In this document: positions 23,921 through 37,498 of the stretch, piece after piece
How positions within the stretch are numbered: the stretch's first letter is position 1
How the letters are laid out: each line of letters begins with the position of its first letter
NCBI GenBank assembly: GCA_010093995.1
Contig: ML992511.1
Coordinates: 1-61,163, forward strand
DNA length: 61,163 nucleotides
Source of the DNA: Elsinoe ampelina
Taxonomy: Eukaryota
Reading direction: 5' to 3'
Notes under the pieces: generated by a model
Told to the model about the DNA's origin: nothing
What the model saw: only the letters and a program-made list of their open reading frames with translations
The model's database searches: none
Program-made: the position numbers and the translations under genes

Positions 23921-26550
23921 ATGGCCGCGGTAGACACAGTGGCGCAGTTTGGCGCAGAACTCAAGGCAAGTACTCGACTGGACACTTCAGCATTCATACT
24001 GACTGACGCCAGGATGGGTTCAAGCCGGTCAATGCCTGGGTATGTCGACCTTCTGCTATACCTGGGATCCGACCAGAGACTCACGAATTTCTCCGAGTCT
24101 CCCTGCACTGTCAATGGCTGACATCTCTATCTCCAGGTCTCCGGTGGGATCGCATGGCTGGATGACGTACAGTCCTTCTACAGGGAACGAAGCGCTATCG
24201 AGAAGGAATACAGTCAAAAGTTGAGTGCGCTTGCGAAGAAATACTATGAGAGGAAGTCAAAGAAGTCGAGTTCACTCAGTGTTGGCGATACACCAACAGT
24301 CACGCCTGGATCTCTCGAGAGCGCATCCATGACAACGTGGGGTGTGCAATTGACTACACTGGAATCGAGGGCTGCAGAACACGATCGATTCTCAAACCAG
24401 CTCATTACCGGCCTGGCAGATCCTATCAAGAATCTCGGGACAAGGCTGGAGGATCTGCGCAAACACCATTCTGACTTTGCTGCGAAGCTAGAAAAGGAAA
24501 GAGATGGGACATATGCAGAGCTGAAGAAGACCAAGGGCAAGTATGACAGCGTATGTCAAGATGTGGAGAACAAGCGAAAGAAGCAGGACGGCGCCTTTGA
24601 TCATGGTAGGTCGAAGGCAGCGGCCGCATTCAACCAGCAGCAGGAGGACATGCGGAACGTCAAGAATACATACCTTATCGCTATCAATGTGACAAACAAG
24701 CAGAAGGAGCGCTACTACAACGAGTATGTTCCGGAGCTCCTGGATGTATGGCTATACTGCTGTGAGTGCTGAACCTAGCTAATCCTCGCAGTCATTACAA
24801 GACCTTTCCGAGACTCGGATTTCCAAGCTGAACAGTCTGTGGTTACACGCTGCGAGCATCGAACATCAGACGCTTCAGCAGTCGACCCAGCTGATAGATC
24901 ATCTTTCGTCAGAAATACCAAGGAACCAACCACATCTCGACTCTCTCATGTTCGTTCAGCACAACACCGCTTCGTGGACGCCTCCTGCCGACTTTTCCTT
25001 TGAGCCTTCGCCTGTATGGCTAGATGATTCCAATATGGCGATCGATCCAACGTCTCAAGTCTTTCTTCGTAACATTCTTACAAAGTCCAAATCATCCTTG
25101 ACCGAATTGAGGAAGGACGTGGACGCAAAGCGACGTGAAGTAGAGGGTGCGAAGCGAGTTCGTGGTTTGATTCGAGAAGGCAAAGACAAGCGAGACGAGG
25201 CTTCCGTCCTTCAATCACAGTTCTACCTACAAGAACAACTACACGAATCCGAGCGAAAGAAGATTACAGCCGAGGTCGAGGTCGCGACCATCGCAAGCGT
25301 CGTTGGCGACATCTCGGTGGGCGCAAAGCAGCACGCCTTTAAAGCCCAGACATTCAAGATTCCGACAAATTGCGACTTGTGTGGCGAACGGATATGGGGC
25401 CTCTCAGCGAAGGGCTTCGACTGCAAGGACTGCGGCTTCACCTGCCACAATAAATGCGAGATGAAAGTCCCCGCTGATTGCCCAGGCGAGGTAGACAAGG
25501 CAGGACAGAAGAAGCTCAAGGCAGAGCGACAGGCATCCGCCCAGTCCGGTGCAAACAGCAACGCACAATCCGCCTCGCCCAGCGGCGCAGCTAGCATCAA
25601 TGGCGATGGAGCAGGCGACGGCCCACGTCTCAGCAGACGCGACACGATAGGCAGCATGAGCACACTCAGCAGCGGCTACGTACCAGCCAGCCAACGTAGT
25701 GTGAGCGGACGGCAGGATGAAAATGGCACCTCAGCAGTAGCCGTAGACAAGCCCAAGATTGGAGGAAGCGTCGCCGGCGGTGTCCGACGGAACAGAATCG
25801 TCGCTCCACCACCAACAACATACATCCACAACGGCGACGCAGGATCTTCCGACGACCACCAGCAGCGGGGCAAGATGGCCTACGCCTACCAAAAGAACGG
25901 ACCGGACGAGATCACCGTCGAAGAAGGCGACTCGGTAGTGGTAGTCGAAGCAGACGGTACGTTGCCCTTCTCAACATCTCTGCCCCTCCTGCTCCCCTCT
26001 CCCTCCCTCCTCTCCCGCCCTCCTTCCCATCAATCACACTAACCCCCCTCCCCCAGACGGCTCAGGCTGGACCAAAATCCAGCACCCCGCGACCTCCACC
26101 ACCGGCCTCGTCCCAACAAGCTACATCGACCTCCTCCCTGCCCCCTCCTCCCCTCCCCCCCCGACCGCCTCCACGCTCTCCCTCACCCCCTCCTTCTCCT
26201 CCAGCCTCAACCCCCCTTCCTCGACCGCCCCCTCCCCGAACCCCAACACGTCCTCCTTCCCCTCCGCTCCTGGCTCTACTACCTCGGGGAAGAAAAAAGG
26301 TCCCGCTGTCGCCCCGCGCAGGGCGAAGAAGGGTGTCCCCCCGCCGCCGCAGCAGCAGTCCCTGCAGCCGGCGCAGAGGACGGTCGAGGCCATGTACACC
26401 TATGCCGCGGCGGGGGAGGGGGAGGTGAGTATGGATGAGGGGGAGAGGTTGGTGGTTGTGGGCAAGGATGAGGGGGATGGGTGGGTCGAGGTGGAGAGGG
26501 GGAATGGGAGCAGAGGGGTGGTGCCTAGTGGGTGGGTTAGGGAGGTTTAG
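23921..26550 (+). CDS. BZZ1: F-BAR + C1 + two SH3 protein Bzz1; introns 23966-24012 (GC-AG), 24040-24136, 24746-24791, 25957-26056
   Basis: FYRERSAIEKEYS (F-BAR), HAFKAQTFKIPTNCDLCGERIWGLSAKGFDCKDCGFTCH (C1), two SH3 domains (MAYAY..DGSGW..GLVPTSY; AMYTY..DEGDGW..GVVPSGW). Confidence 0.95.
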
Positions 26551-27122
26551 TGGATGCGCATTGGTATGGCAATGGGAGGCAAAGTGGTGGCTTGGGCCAG
26601 GGTCGATGTAGGTGATGATTGGATTGGCGATTGGGTTGTTAGAGAGCATGGGCGAACCGCATAGCGTTTTATTCATTGCATTGTGAATAGCATTCATCTC
26701 ACCACATGCCACGTGAATAGGTAGAGTAGTGTGAATATGTTATCATTTCAAAATAAAGCAGCTACCTAATAACAGCAGGGCAGCCTCAACGTCTGCCCGA
26801 CCATGACATGTCCGACCCGAAATTGTTCTCGTGTTGCGTATGGTGTGTTTCCCGTTTATCATGAGTCTTTTCTTGAGTATGTCGTCCAACTGGTAGAGTA
26901 ATGTTGTTTCTGGTGCTTGATCTGATGAGAGCAATCGTGGTGCGCCGGCGTTTGTGCTCTCCCCATCAGGCTCAAAGACAAGGAAGAAGCAAAGCATAAA
27001 AATCATCGGCAACGAAGTGAAGCATGCCCTCCGAAAAGCAAGGCCGTTATGTAGAGACCAAAAGAAGAGAAGCGATCCGGGTCGTCCAGCCGTGTCGCTT
27101 CGAAAGCGCCTTGCGGCAATGT

Positions 27123-28522
27123 TTAGAGAGACTCGAAAGTGTAGGTAAGGGTACCTGAAGAAGCAGACAGCTGAGAAGATGTCAGTGGTGGTCAGCGGTG
27201 TGGAGGTTGTATCTTGCTTACCGTGCAGCCAGCATCGTTGGAGCCTCCAGCGACAACTGAGCCGGTGAATTGACCATTGGCATAGACACAGCTCTGCCCC
27301 ATGTCGCCACCACTGAGGGTGACCTTGAAGTCAAGGACCTCGTTGGTGGTAGGCTTGTTCGGGAACATGCTAATGTAAGCCATGCCGTTGGAGTAGCCAG
27401 CGCCCAGGTTGAGAGGCGCCCAGTTGCCGGTGTTGCCTCCGTTACCCCACTTGCAAGCGTCCTCGACACCCACACCAGCCGGGTTGACATAGTACTGAGC
27501 AGAGGTGCCTTGGCCAAGCCACTTGTAGTAGCTGTCCTCATCCGGGCAGGTGAGCTCCGAGGACTCGTTGGGGCCGACGTTGACCGGAACAGTCTCGGAT
27601 TCGGTACCTATAGAAGGATTAGTTTGAGGTCGTAAACATTGGTGGGATGATGCTCACCAGGATAGTCGGTCCTGCATACAGAAACCTGTTGGCCAAGCTT
27701 GTTGACGACCTCAACCTTGACAGCGTCGGTTCCCCTCATGCAGAGCTTGTTGGAGAGGGCAGAGTTGGTTAGACGAAGCTTGCCACCCTGGCAGAGAAGA
27801 CCACCAACGGACTGAGCAGTGAGACCCTGAAGAGCTGGCCATTGGGTCTTCTGGTAGCCTGCCGGGCAAGCGTACGAGCAGAACATGCCTTCGGAGCAGC
27901 AGTTCTCGCCGTCGCAGGACTCGGCGAGGACGGTCTCGATGTCATCATAGCCACCGTCGTGGGCAATGCCTGGGGATTGGACACCAATCCAACCACCAAG
28001 CTTGTACCACTCGAGGTTGAGAGCACCGTATTCGCTCGGGAAAGTGGAACAGTCGAGCTCTCCATCAGGGAATTCGCTGTCGATGCCAGTCGCGTCCCTC
28101 CAGGATGTGCTGCTAGATGCAGGAGCTGGAGCTGGAGCCTGGATGACTGGCGCAGCTGGAGTGGTGGATGGAGGTGGTGGAGGAGCCTCGCTTGTAGTAG
28201 TAGTAGGAGCAGGTGTAGCAACAGGCTCAGAGACCTGAACCTTCTTCTGCTGGGCCTGGGGCTGAACAGGCTTGGCCGGGTTTGCGATCTGAGGAGCCCC
28301 GTCGGCCCAAACCAGTGTTCCGTTCTTGATGCCCTCGTTGACGTCGTTCTCAGAGATGGCCTTTCCGTTCAAGGAGTACAGGACAACGGTGGGACCGGGA
28401 ATGGTAACCACATCGACAGCTGGGGTTGGGTCGCGCTTGAGGTGCTTGTGTAGGTGTGCATGCTGGTGCGGGTGGGCGCTGGCCAGACCAGCTGCCGCAA
28501 GAGCAACGTATTCGATCTTCAT
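27123..28522 (-). CDS. SUN-family secreted beta-glucanase (GH132); introns 27608-27657 and 27171-27221
   Basis: Signal peptide, His-rich pro-region ending in KR, FPDGELDCSTFPSEYGA, CSYACPAGYQKTQWP, SVGGLLC, CRTDYPG, GNWAPLNLGAG. Confidence 0.93.
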
Positions 28523-28612
28523 GTTGGGGATTGAAGATGCCGTGTGAGGTGATTAAACAATATTGTAGATTTGGCTCGTCGGCGCAAGGGGTGGCGAGAA
28601 AGGGTAAGGTAG

Positions 28613-28663
28613 CTGGACATGTCAGTGGCCATTCGTGTTACTTGCTTGACTTTGAAGGCTTAC
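28613..28663 (-). other. Probable 5'-UTR intron of the SUN gene
   Basis: Minus strand GTAAGC...ACTGAC..CCAG, 51 nt, ending about 90 nt upstream of the ATG; size matches other introns here. Confidence 0.6.
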
Positions 28664-30302
28664 AAGTGCTTCTCGTTCAAGTGATGTCGATTTCAGGCCT
28701 TCTGAGAGCTTTATGGCGAAGAATGTAGCGATCGTGTGCAGAATTCCTAAGGAGTGAATAGCAGCAAAAGCCGCTGGTGGAATTCTTGAATGAAGCGAAG
28801 GAGACGAAAGATGTAGACTCTGACGAGCAGACGCAGGTGAGCGACGAGAATCAATGGATCTTCAGCATGCAGTGTGTGAGGTGGGTGGAGAGAGGGAGAA
28901 GAGGACTTGCGGGTGTGGAGGGCATGCACGACGGGTGCGAGTGAAATGAGGACAGGGCATTCCACAACCGTTCCACCCAAAACACTCGACAGCACCTAAT
29001 TAGAACCCAGGCTCTTTCTCTCGACCTATGTCATATTTAGCATGCTTATGTCTCTACTAGGCTGCGGTCAAGCTTTTGCTCTTGCCTCATTGATGTGAAG
29101 CTGCGGTGATATTCCCGTCTGTCGAGGATGGTCTTGTATTGCTCCTACCTCGAATGGTCCGCAACAGCGAGTAACGAGTAATTGCCTCGGTCGTCCCATT
29201 GCTACTAGCTCAATCTCATCAGATAGAACTGCCAAGTGCGTATGCGTGCCATCTTGGTGACTCTCGACCTGATGAAGCTCGAAACTTGATCCGGCCTCTC
29301 GAGCTCGTGTAGACGGTCGCATCTCGACCTCCGCAGCATCCAAATGATCTGAAGGAGAAGCTTTTACCGGATCACGGACGGGTGTGACGGTAGACAATCA
29401 GTTGGACGATGGACGATGGAGGGAGGCCCCGTACTGGTAGGGCAAAGGTAAAGACCCCCGGGCCACTCCTTGGCTCCTTTCTTGCCTGCAGAAGCTTCAA
29501 TCATCAAATCATGGCCGCGCCATTGCAGATCATCCGTCTTTGGCGCCTGGGGAACATGAGGCTAATCATCCATCAACTGGCTGGAGAGGTTCACCATGCA
29601 TTGGATCTTGCAGTAGTCACGCATCGGATCATCTCGAATGTTGTTCTCGAGTGCCATGGACTTTGCATGTGACCTTTCATCAATCAAACACTGAAGCGCC
29701 GCAACATTCCGCTCACTTTTTGACTGTTGCATTCCACCTGGCCCCTCCTGAGCCCATCCAGACCTTCGGCACTTTTTTTCACGACGTCAACAAAATATCG
29801 TCAACGGTCACGGATAACATCACGCGACCGGCGCGTACCCTTGAATTTCTGCCCTGCACCGTTTCGCGGTCGTCCAAACACCGCCCGTTGACCAGTCGCA
29901 AGGGAGAATTGAGAACGGTTGTGCCTGGGTGGTCGAACGTCGTGCTTGATTGGCAACCAACGTCTGTGATATGGCTGCGCCGAACCGACCATGATGCAGC
30001 ATCTGTGCATTTGACAATCGTAATCTTCGCAGCCATGATTGCTCTTTGGCAGTGAATAGGATACTCAAGCCACCTCTGCATAGCACAGAGTCAATGTCAG
30101 CCAGGCCGCGTGTACACTGCCATACTGTCGGTTACGTCGGCTTCATTTTAGGTCGTATCTTGTCTATGGTACTTTTTGATCGATGAACCAGGAATCGGAC
30201 CACTGCTTCATCTCCTCGTTCAGCCATGATCCCAGCTGGAGCGTCGTGGTCGCCTTTGACGTTCTCTTGAACCTGCTTGCGTGTCTCGCAGCACCAGGAA
30301 AG

Positions 30303-31738
30303 TTACCTCGGACCCAATTTCTCCAGCGCTCTTGCGCCCTGTTCCTGCCATTCTTGTTTCGATATCCACATGTTGTCCTTGTCCGCCATCTGAAAGATAC
30401 GTCAGCCGCGCAGGAAGGATACATCGGTAGGTGAACTCACGATATTTGCCAGCACTGCACCACCCAGGAACACCATGTGGCGTCTCCGTGGTGGATCCTC
30501 TATTCTCACCTTGAATTTCTGTCCAAAATTAGCCTTGATGCTGGGGAAATGGAGCAACACATCTGCTTACGCTGAGTCTCTCCGGATTCCCGTTCAGCAC
30601 CTTGGTCAGCCAGAGCTGTTTGATCTCCTTCTCCATCCTGCTTGGAAGACCAGGATACATGGAGCTACCTCCACTCAGCACAATAGCTTTGTACAAGCTA
30701 GATCTAATGTCCACGTCCGCTGCTTGAATAGTGTTGAACAAGAATTCCGCAATGCCAGGCTGTTCCACGTCTACGAGATGTGGTTGGAAGAGACATTCGG
30801 GCGCCTCGAATCTTTCACTCCCGACTCGGATCACCCGACCGTCGGGCAATGTGTATGATTCCACTAGTACTGTCGTGTCTTCCGAGAGCTTCTGGTCCAG
30901 TGCAAGGTCGTAAGACACGTAGCAGAGCTTCTCCTTGATCGCGCGCACAGTCTCGAAATCTGCCGTCCGGTTCAGAGCATATCCTCGTCGAAGTAAAAGG
31001 CTGATCAGGTTGCGAGTGACATCTCGTCCGGCCACGTCCAGTCTTCGCGTCAAGTGGTTGAGGACTGTGCTCTCGTAGACAGGGACAATGTGGGTGACAC
31101 CATCGCCTGAATCCACTACAACTCCCGATGAGAGACCTTGGGCATAAAGAGCCAGTACGGCTTGGATAGCAACGTAAACCCCGCCAAAGTCGTAGCGCTC
31201 AAACATGACTTCGGCCATTTGTTCTCGATTCTTCAAGGGGTTGAGGGGTGGCTCTGTAAGCAGGATTTTGCGACCAGAGGGGTTGATCTTCATCTTCTCG
31301 GCAAAGACATAGTCCCATAAATGCTGCATGTCGTCCCACCGCTTCACAATACCATTCTCCATCTAGGCACCTGTCAGCCACAAGCTCTCTCCTACGTCAT
31401 GCCAGCTCTCAAATGCCCCTTGGACATACCGGATATGTTATTTGAAGCATTGACCGCGCTGTCGCCGCCTCATCACCGCACATGATATCTTTCAACACAA
31501 TGTCCCCTACTGCCTGCTCTTCCGTTCGAAGGATAGGTCGGCCAACAATAGATGGTATTTGGACGTCCGGGAAGTTCTGTTCTCGTCAATATACTGGCCC
31601 ACTCCCCGTCTGCTGATAGTCGTACCTGCCCAGCATAGCCAGCCTTGAGGAACCCAGTCCCTCCATCGAGGACTGCGATGCGGTCAGCTCAGGTTCACCA
31701 ATGTGCATAGCATTAGTACCAATGGGTGCCTCGGCCAT
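30303..31738 (-). CDS. ARP2: Actin-related protein 2 (five introns)
   Basis: [73 protein letters not shown]-terminal EKLGPR*. Confidence 0.97.
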
Positions 31739-32146
31739 CTTGACTGATGTATGGCAACAAGTTTATGGAATCCGATTGAATGCGCGATTCGTATAGGAAC
31801 GGTACAGTGTCAATGCCGGCTTGTGAAGTTGACGTCTCTAACGTGGGGCAGGCAGCGTAGTGCGCAGCTCGGGATGTTCATGCCAAGGCCCAGTCGTCAC
31901 TCATCGACTGTCACCTCTCAATTACGGACATCTCTCACTTCGCATCTGTACTTCTGCTAGGTAATCAATTCCTCCGACAGAACACTTTCAGACAATCATC
32001 CGACAAGACTGTCTTCAATGAGAGCTGCAAACGTCACATGTGAGTACATACATCTGCATAACATTTGGCCGACTATTTTCAGTCCAGTCATCACTGCACT
32101 GTGCGGCTCTGCGGTGAGCGGCCGTAATTCATTCGTCCGGTTTTTA

Positions 32147-32473
32147 GGCTCCGTATACTCTAGGCGTCAGGAGCAGGCCAGGAGCAGAAGCGATGCCTAT
32201 TTAGGTAGTTCTGTGGGTCTGTACGAAGCTTCCCGCTAGATCCCGTAAACTCTCGTAGAATCTGATCAGACGAAGTATACGGTCAAAAAACCTGCTCGCA
32301 GATTCTGAGCCGGCTCAAAATCCTACCGGAATAGGAAACCTGCTCCGAACCTGCTACCTGCTAGCAAAGTAGGCATATTACGAGTAAATAAGCTTTAACG
32401 GTGCATATTCTGCCTGGCTCAGAACTACCCCGCACAGCCTGCTCCTGATCTGCTACGCAAAGTATACGGAGCC
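32147..32473. mobile_element. Non-autonomous MITE, PIF/Harbinger (Tourist)-like, 327 bp
   Basis: Perfect 13-bp TIRs GGCTCCGTATACT / AGTATACGGAGCC, TTA on both flanks (32144-32146, 32474-32476), subterminal inverted motifs TCAGGAGCAGG and GGTAGTTCTG, no coding capacity. Confidence 0.8.
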
Positions 32474-32749
32474 TTATTAGACAAACGGAGCGATCTGGCG
32501 CCGACCCGATGCTTGTTCTTGTGTCGTGCATAGCCAGATCTTCTTCTTTTGCTGGCTGTGGTGACAGTCCCCGACATCATCGCATGCCGCATTGGACATT
32601 TCTTTTATCTCCGTCATGTTTCCTCCGTTCTATATCACCGGTATGTCTTCGACCAGGTAACTACTCCAACATCTTTCTGTTCCACGACTTTCACCCATTC
32701 TATTCTTTCACAGCATCGGCCGATTCCACACTCCCATTCCATCTCAGCC

Positions 32750-34084
32750 ATGGAATCCATTTCTGGCAAAGCGGACCACCTGGTGGTGCTAGTACATGGT
32801 ATGTGGGGACAACCCTCGCATCTGGAGTACCTTTCCAAATCACTACGAGAGTCATACGACCAAGATCAAATACACATCTTAGTTGCAAAGAGCAATGCCA
32901 ACACCTACACCTACGATGGGATCGAGACCGGCGGCGAGCGCATCACACACGAAATAGAAGCCGAGATTAAGAAAATAGAAGAGTCAGGCACATCGATACG
33001 AAAGCTCAGCGTGATAGGATATTCCATGGGAGGACTGGTAGCAAGATACGCCATCGGTCTATTATACTCTGCTGGACTCTTCAAGACCGTCGAAGCCGTC
33101 AACTTCACCACCTTTGCGACACCACACCTCGGCGTACGAGCACCCATCACAGGCAAGGCCTCTCAAATATGGAACGTCCTCGGAGCCCGCACCCTCTCCA
33201 CCTCCGGTCAACAGATGTTCCTCGTCGACAAATTCCGCGACACCGGCCGCCCCCTCCTGCACGTCCTCGCCGACCCCTCCTCCATCTTCATCCGCGGCCT
33301 GTCCCAATTCCGCCACCGCACCCTCTACGCCAACATCCTCAACGACCGCTCCGTAGTCTACTACACCGCCGCCATCTCCTCCACCGACCCGTACGCCAAC
33401 CTCGACCTCGTCCAACTCCACCCCCTCACCGACACCGACTCCGTCATCCTCGATCCCTCCCACCCCGTCTCCCACAAAACCCCCACCACCCCGCCTCTCC
33501 TCTCCCGCCTCCGCTCCGCAGCCACCACAACCGTCACCTCCATCCCGTGGGCCTTCTTCCTCACCGTCCTCCTCCCCGTCGGCACCGTCTTCTTCCTCAC
33601 CTCCGCCGGCATCCAAACGATACGATCCGCGCAACGCCGCAAGCTACACGACAGCGGAAAAACAGGCGTGCAGGTGGAGAAATACCGCTCTGCGCCCTTC
33701 ATGGTGGACGAGCTCCGCTCCGTCGCGGACAGGGTGTATAACGCCGCGGCCAATACCGCGGGAGGAGAGGAGTACCTCCCCACGCCACCGCCGGAGGAGG
33801 CGGAGAGGGAGCCGCTGGTCAAGGGGAGTAGGGAGACGTTGGTCGAGGGGAAGGAGGTCGGGGATGAGGCGGGTGGGAGTGAGAAGTGGCCTACGTTGGC
33901 GTTGACCAAGGAGCAGTTTGAGATGATTGATGCGTTGGATGGGGTGGGGTTTACGAAGTATAGGGTGCATATCACGACGGTGAGGCATAGTCATGCGGCG
34001 ATTGTGGTGAGGACGCCGTGGAGGCCGGGATTTGGGCAGGGGAGGACGGTGGTGAAGCATTGGGTTGAGAAGTTTGTGGTTTAG
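32750..34084 (+). CDS. DUF676 putative lipase/serine esterase
   Basis: HLVVLVHGMWG, TYDGIETGGER, nucleophile elbow GYSMGG, FTTFATPHLG, LYANILNDRSV, HSHAAIVVR. Confidence 0.92.
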   Translation: MESISGKADHLVVLVHGMWGQPSHLEYLSKSLRESYDQDQIHILVAKSNANTYTYDGIETGGERITHEIEAEIKKIEESGTSIRKLSVIGYSMGGLVARYAIGLLYSAGLFKTVEAVNFTTFATPHLGVRAPITGKASQIWNVLGARTLSTSGQQMFLVDKFRDTGRPLLHVLADPSSIFIRGLSQFRHRTLYANILNDRSVVYYTAAISSTDPYANLDLVQLHPLTDTDSVILDPSHPVSHKTPTTPPLLSRLRSAATTTVTSIPWAFFLTVLLPVGTVFFLTSAGIQTIRSAQRRKLHDSGKTGVQVEKYRSAPFMVDELRSVADRVYNAAANTAGGEEYLPTPPPEEAEREPLVKGSRETLVEGKEVGDEAGGSEKWPTLALTKEQFEMIDALDGVGFTKYRVHITTVRHSHAAIVVRTPWRPGFGQGRTVVKHWVEKFVV

Positions 34085-34439
34085 CGATACGGGAGGGTTT
34101 ATGATTTATGGGTTGGGGATAGACTTTTGCATGGTGTCGTGTTGGAGTATGTACATTGGAGCGTATCTATGTGCTTTTGATCGTTCATGTCGTGGTTGCG
34201 GGTTAGCTCTGTTCGTGCTCATTGATGTTATAATTGGTTCAAGCTTGTGTTTGCAAGGAGGCGGTACCCTTGGGCCAACTCTTCTCTCTGCTCTGTGCTG
34301 TTTCCAGAGCGCCTCGGATCATGCGCCTACCAGTCGACGGTCTTGGAAAAGAATATGGCTTCGACTTAATCCTATCCCTGTTTGTAGCCTTCCTCGGTTT
34401 CTCGACTGAAATCTCTCCCAGTAGGTGGGACGTCCCTCC

Positions 34440-35472
34440 TCATGAATTGACGTCGGCCACGGCAAAGTAGCCTTTATTCTCCAACACGCCTCGGTTGCTG
34501 ACTACGGCGGTGTATTTGACCACCCACTGTGGGACCACCTCTCCTTGTATGCCTCCACCAATCTTCTCCCCTTCTCTAGATTTTCGCTTCTCGCCTGTCG
34601 ATTCGTTTCCGGATAGGATGCCAGCCCCAGACTCGCCTTGACCAAGAAGCTCCCTGACCGTGCCTCTTGGGAGGACGTTTGTGCAATCGTTGTGAACCAG
34701 CAATTCGACGCCGTTCGTTTTTGCAAGTGACAGCAGCGTCTTTGGCACACTGCAGCAGTCTCGGAGATTGATCTGATCCACAGCAGGAGGTATTCTGGTC
34801 TTCTCCAGCAATGGTGTCAATCGCTCTGCTCCAAACTCTGCAAGACCAAGTTTCTTGACCAGACCTTCGTCCACTAGTTTCTGCAGGACTTCCCATGTCT
34901 CTATTTGTGCTTCCAGACTCTCTGGCTCTACCTCGATGGGTCCTCGACTCTTGATCTTGTCCGGGCAATCCTCGGTTTCTTCGTCAAAGTAAATGCCGGG
35001 GAATGAAACGATAAGGAGGTCGACCGAAGGCATGTGCAGCTCCTTCAGAACCAGATCGAGACCCTCCCTTGTGTACTTCTCTCTTTCTGCTGCACTTGTA
35101 GTTCTTAGGTAGAAGAGCTTGACGGTAATATCGTACTGCTCTCTCTCCTCTTGTAGACTCGACTGGCTAAAGTCAATTGCTGGTACGTAAAGCACTTTGC
35201 CATCCTCTTGTAGAGAAGTCCACTTCTTCCAATCAAACTTCTTCCTCAACAAATCGCCATTGGTCGTATTTCCATTGGCTTGGGGGAGCGCATCTCGGAT
35301 GGCGTCTTCGATGTTTAGGCGAAGTGATTGGACTAACTCGAGATTTGATTTCTGAGTTGCCGAAACATTGTAGGAGGCAGCTGCTGCGCCTAGCACATTA
35401 CTATATCAATCAGCAGACCACTTCATAAGTCACGACTGGCACTTCTCACCCAGAAGACAGGACTATCTTCAT
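34440..35472 (-). CDS. Glutamate-cysteine ligase regulatory (modifier) subunit, AKR-like fold; intron 35401-35449
   Basis: Spliced start MKIVLSSGNV, KSNLEL, EREQYDITVKLFY, DLLIVSFPGI, LGLAEF, DQINLRDCC, PQWVVKYTAVVSNRGVLENKGY. Confidence 0.88.
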
Positions 35473-35846
35473 GTTGACGCAGCTTCGCAGCAGTGTGGTC
35501 AAGGGGCCGAGGTCGGCGATGAAGAGAGGGTATGATGATGTTCAATCGACCAACTATGGATCGGATATCTCTCTCTGAAAGTATCGAACATTACTACACC
35601 GAATTGCCTTTCTTTATGCAACCCGACATGTGCCTCGATGTGATCGGAACGAGACACGGCAAAAAAGTCACCCGCCCTTCAGCATCTGAAAGCCTCCCAA
35701 GCTCCGACCCCGCGGGATCCACTTTTGATGCGGCTCTGCAAATCCTCGACAGAAGTTAGTCTTGGCCATTTCTATCAAATTCACATCCCACTTTGAACAT
35801 CCATCCCATCACTGCCTGCAGACCATCAATTTGTGTAATCGTCAGC

Positions 35847-36538
35847 ATGGCCATCAAGTTTGTCTTACTTCTGCGATCAGTAAGACGAGCGACTGACCAC
35901 ATTTAGATACCTCGTCCTTCTATCACGGCAAGGCAAAGTGGTCAGTCTGAGCGGTCTGGCTTCTATCATGTGCCTGCGCTGACATACTCAGCGCCTTGCC
36001 AAATGGTTCATCACACTGTCTCCCAAAGACAAGGCCAAGATTATCAAGGATGTCTCGCAACTCGTGCTCGCTCGTCGAACTCGGATGTGCAATTTCCTCG
36101 AGTACAAGGGTTGGTCACCCACCGGTCTATCAATTTCTGCATCCGACTTTCGTGACTGACAACTTTCTTCTTCTCAGACACCAAGATCGTGTATCGTCGA
36201 TATGCCTCTCTCTTCTTCATCGCCGGCTGCGAGTCTACAGACAATGAGCTGATCACGCTCGAGATCGTACATCGTTACGTTGAACAGATGGACAAGTATT
36301 ATGGAAACGTTTGTGAACTGGACATCATCTTCAACTTCCAGAAGGCCTACTTCATCTTGGATGAGCTCCTTCTGGCAGGCGAACTGCAAGAAAGCAGTAA
36401 GAAAAATGTGCTTCGCTGCATTGCCCAGCAGGATAGCCTCGAAGACATGGAGGTCAGAATCATTCATTCTACTCTCCTCGACAACGTTCTGACCATTCCT
36501 TCCAGGTCGAAGAGGATAGCATTACCAAGATCATGTGA
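35847..36538 (+). CDS. APS1: AP-1 adaptor complex sigma subunit; introns 35858-35906, 35941-35991, 36110-36177, 36453-36505
   Basis: [70 protein letters not shown]. Confidence 0.95.
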
Positions 36539-37498
36539 GGTGTCGCGAAGGCATTCATGCGGCTCTCCCGGCTCTGGACGTCCGAGCCTCGTCTCGAGTG
36601 GACAATCTTCGATCTGTTGATCAAGGATGTCTCGAATGCGCGCGTTTCAGTCGTGACCACAACCTTATCCGGTCCACTCTCTGCCCCTTCTAGCACTCAG
36701 AAGCCGAGGACTCTAGCCGACACGTTGTCGCTGTCGCTGTCGCTCGGCGCATAGAAGAATATTCAAGGTTGGTCATCACCTGTCCAGTGATAAGGAACAC
36801 CATGTTAACACATTATCTTGATCAGGGTCACTTCCAAAAGTACCCTTTCGCCTAATGACCGGACTGCTGGAGCAGTAGCTAATGACTGTATGAAATGCAT
36901 CGAATTAGGACTTTTGTCCGATTGACTCTATGGTATGCCACACGTCTTGACCACCTTTTGAGACCACTTTCGCTAATCAATCAGCTATCGATGTCTGCCA
37001 TTCATCTTAGCATGTGTCTCCATCTATGGACATCACTTGATCCTCCACATCCCCTCAGTCCAAAACATTCCCCTCTCCGCTGACCAATCAGAGGCTGGAC
37101 CGCAGCACGCATGGAGGAGGGGTCCGTGCAGCCCTGAACCCCGATCCGGGCGCGACGTTGATTCCATCTGACGACAGCGACATTACTTGCTATCTACACA
37201 ACTCACATCATCAAACCGATCATCGCTACCTATATCATCATGTCGCGCATCAATAGTTTCTGATTCTGCTGGGCGCATAGCGTCGAGCGACAAAGTCAGA
37301 ATACCCGGATCTCCGGCGCGCTCACCCCAACAGACCTCACAGCTTGTTGCCTTGCGACGACCTCTACATTTCATCCATCATTGCGACCCAACAGACCGAT
37401 CAGAAATTGTCCTTCAGGTGCTCGAGACCTTGCGACTAGCTCTGGTAGATCCAATAGACCCAAGACGAACCAAGGAGAGACTGTGACAAACAGCAAAC

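Noticed and set aside
23921..31738. BZZ1, ARP2 (and more distant APD1/Rid1-like genes) as an actin-related gene cluster
   Set aside because: They are interspersed with unrelated genes, and no shared regulatory signal is visible; likely coincidental synteny.
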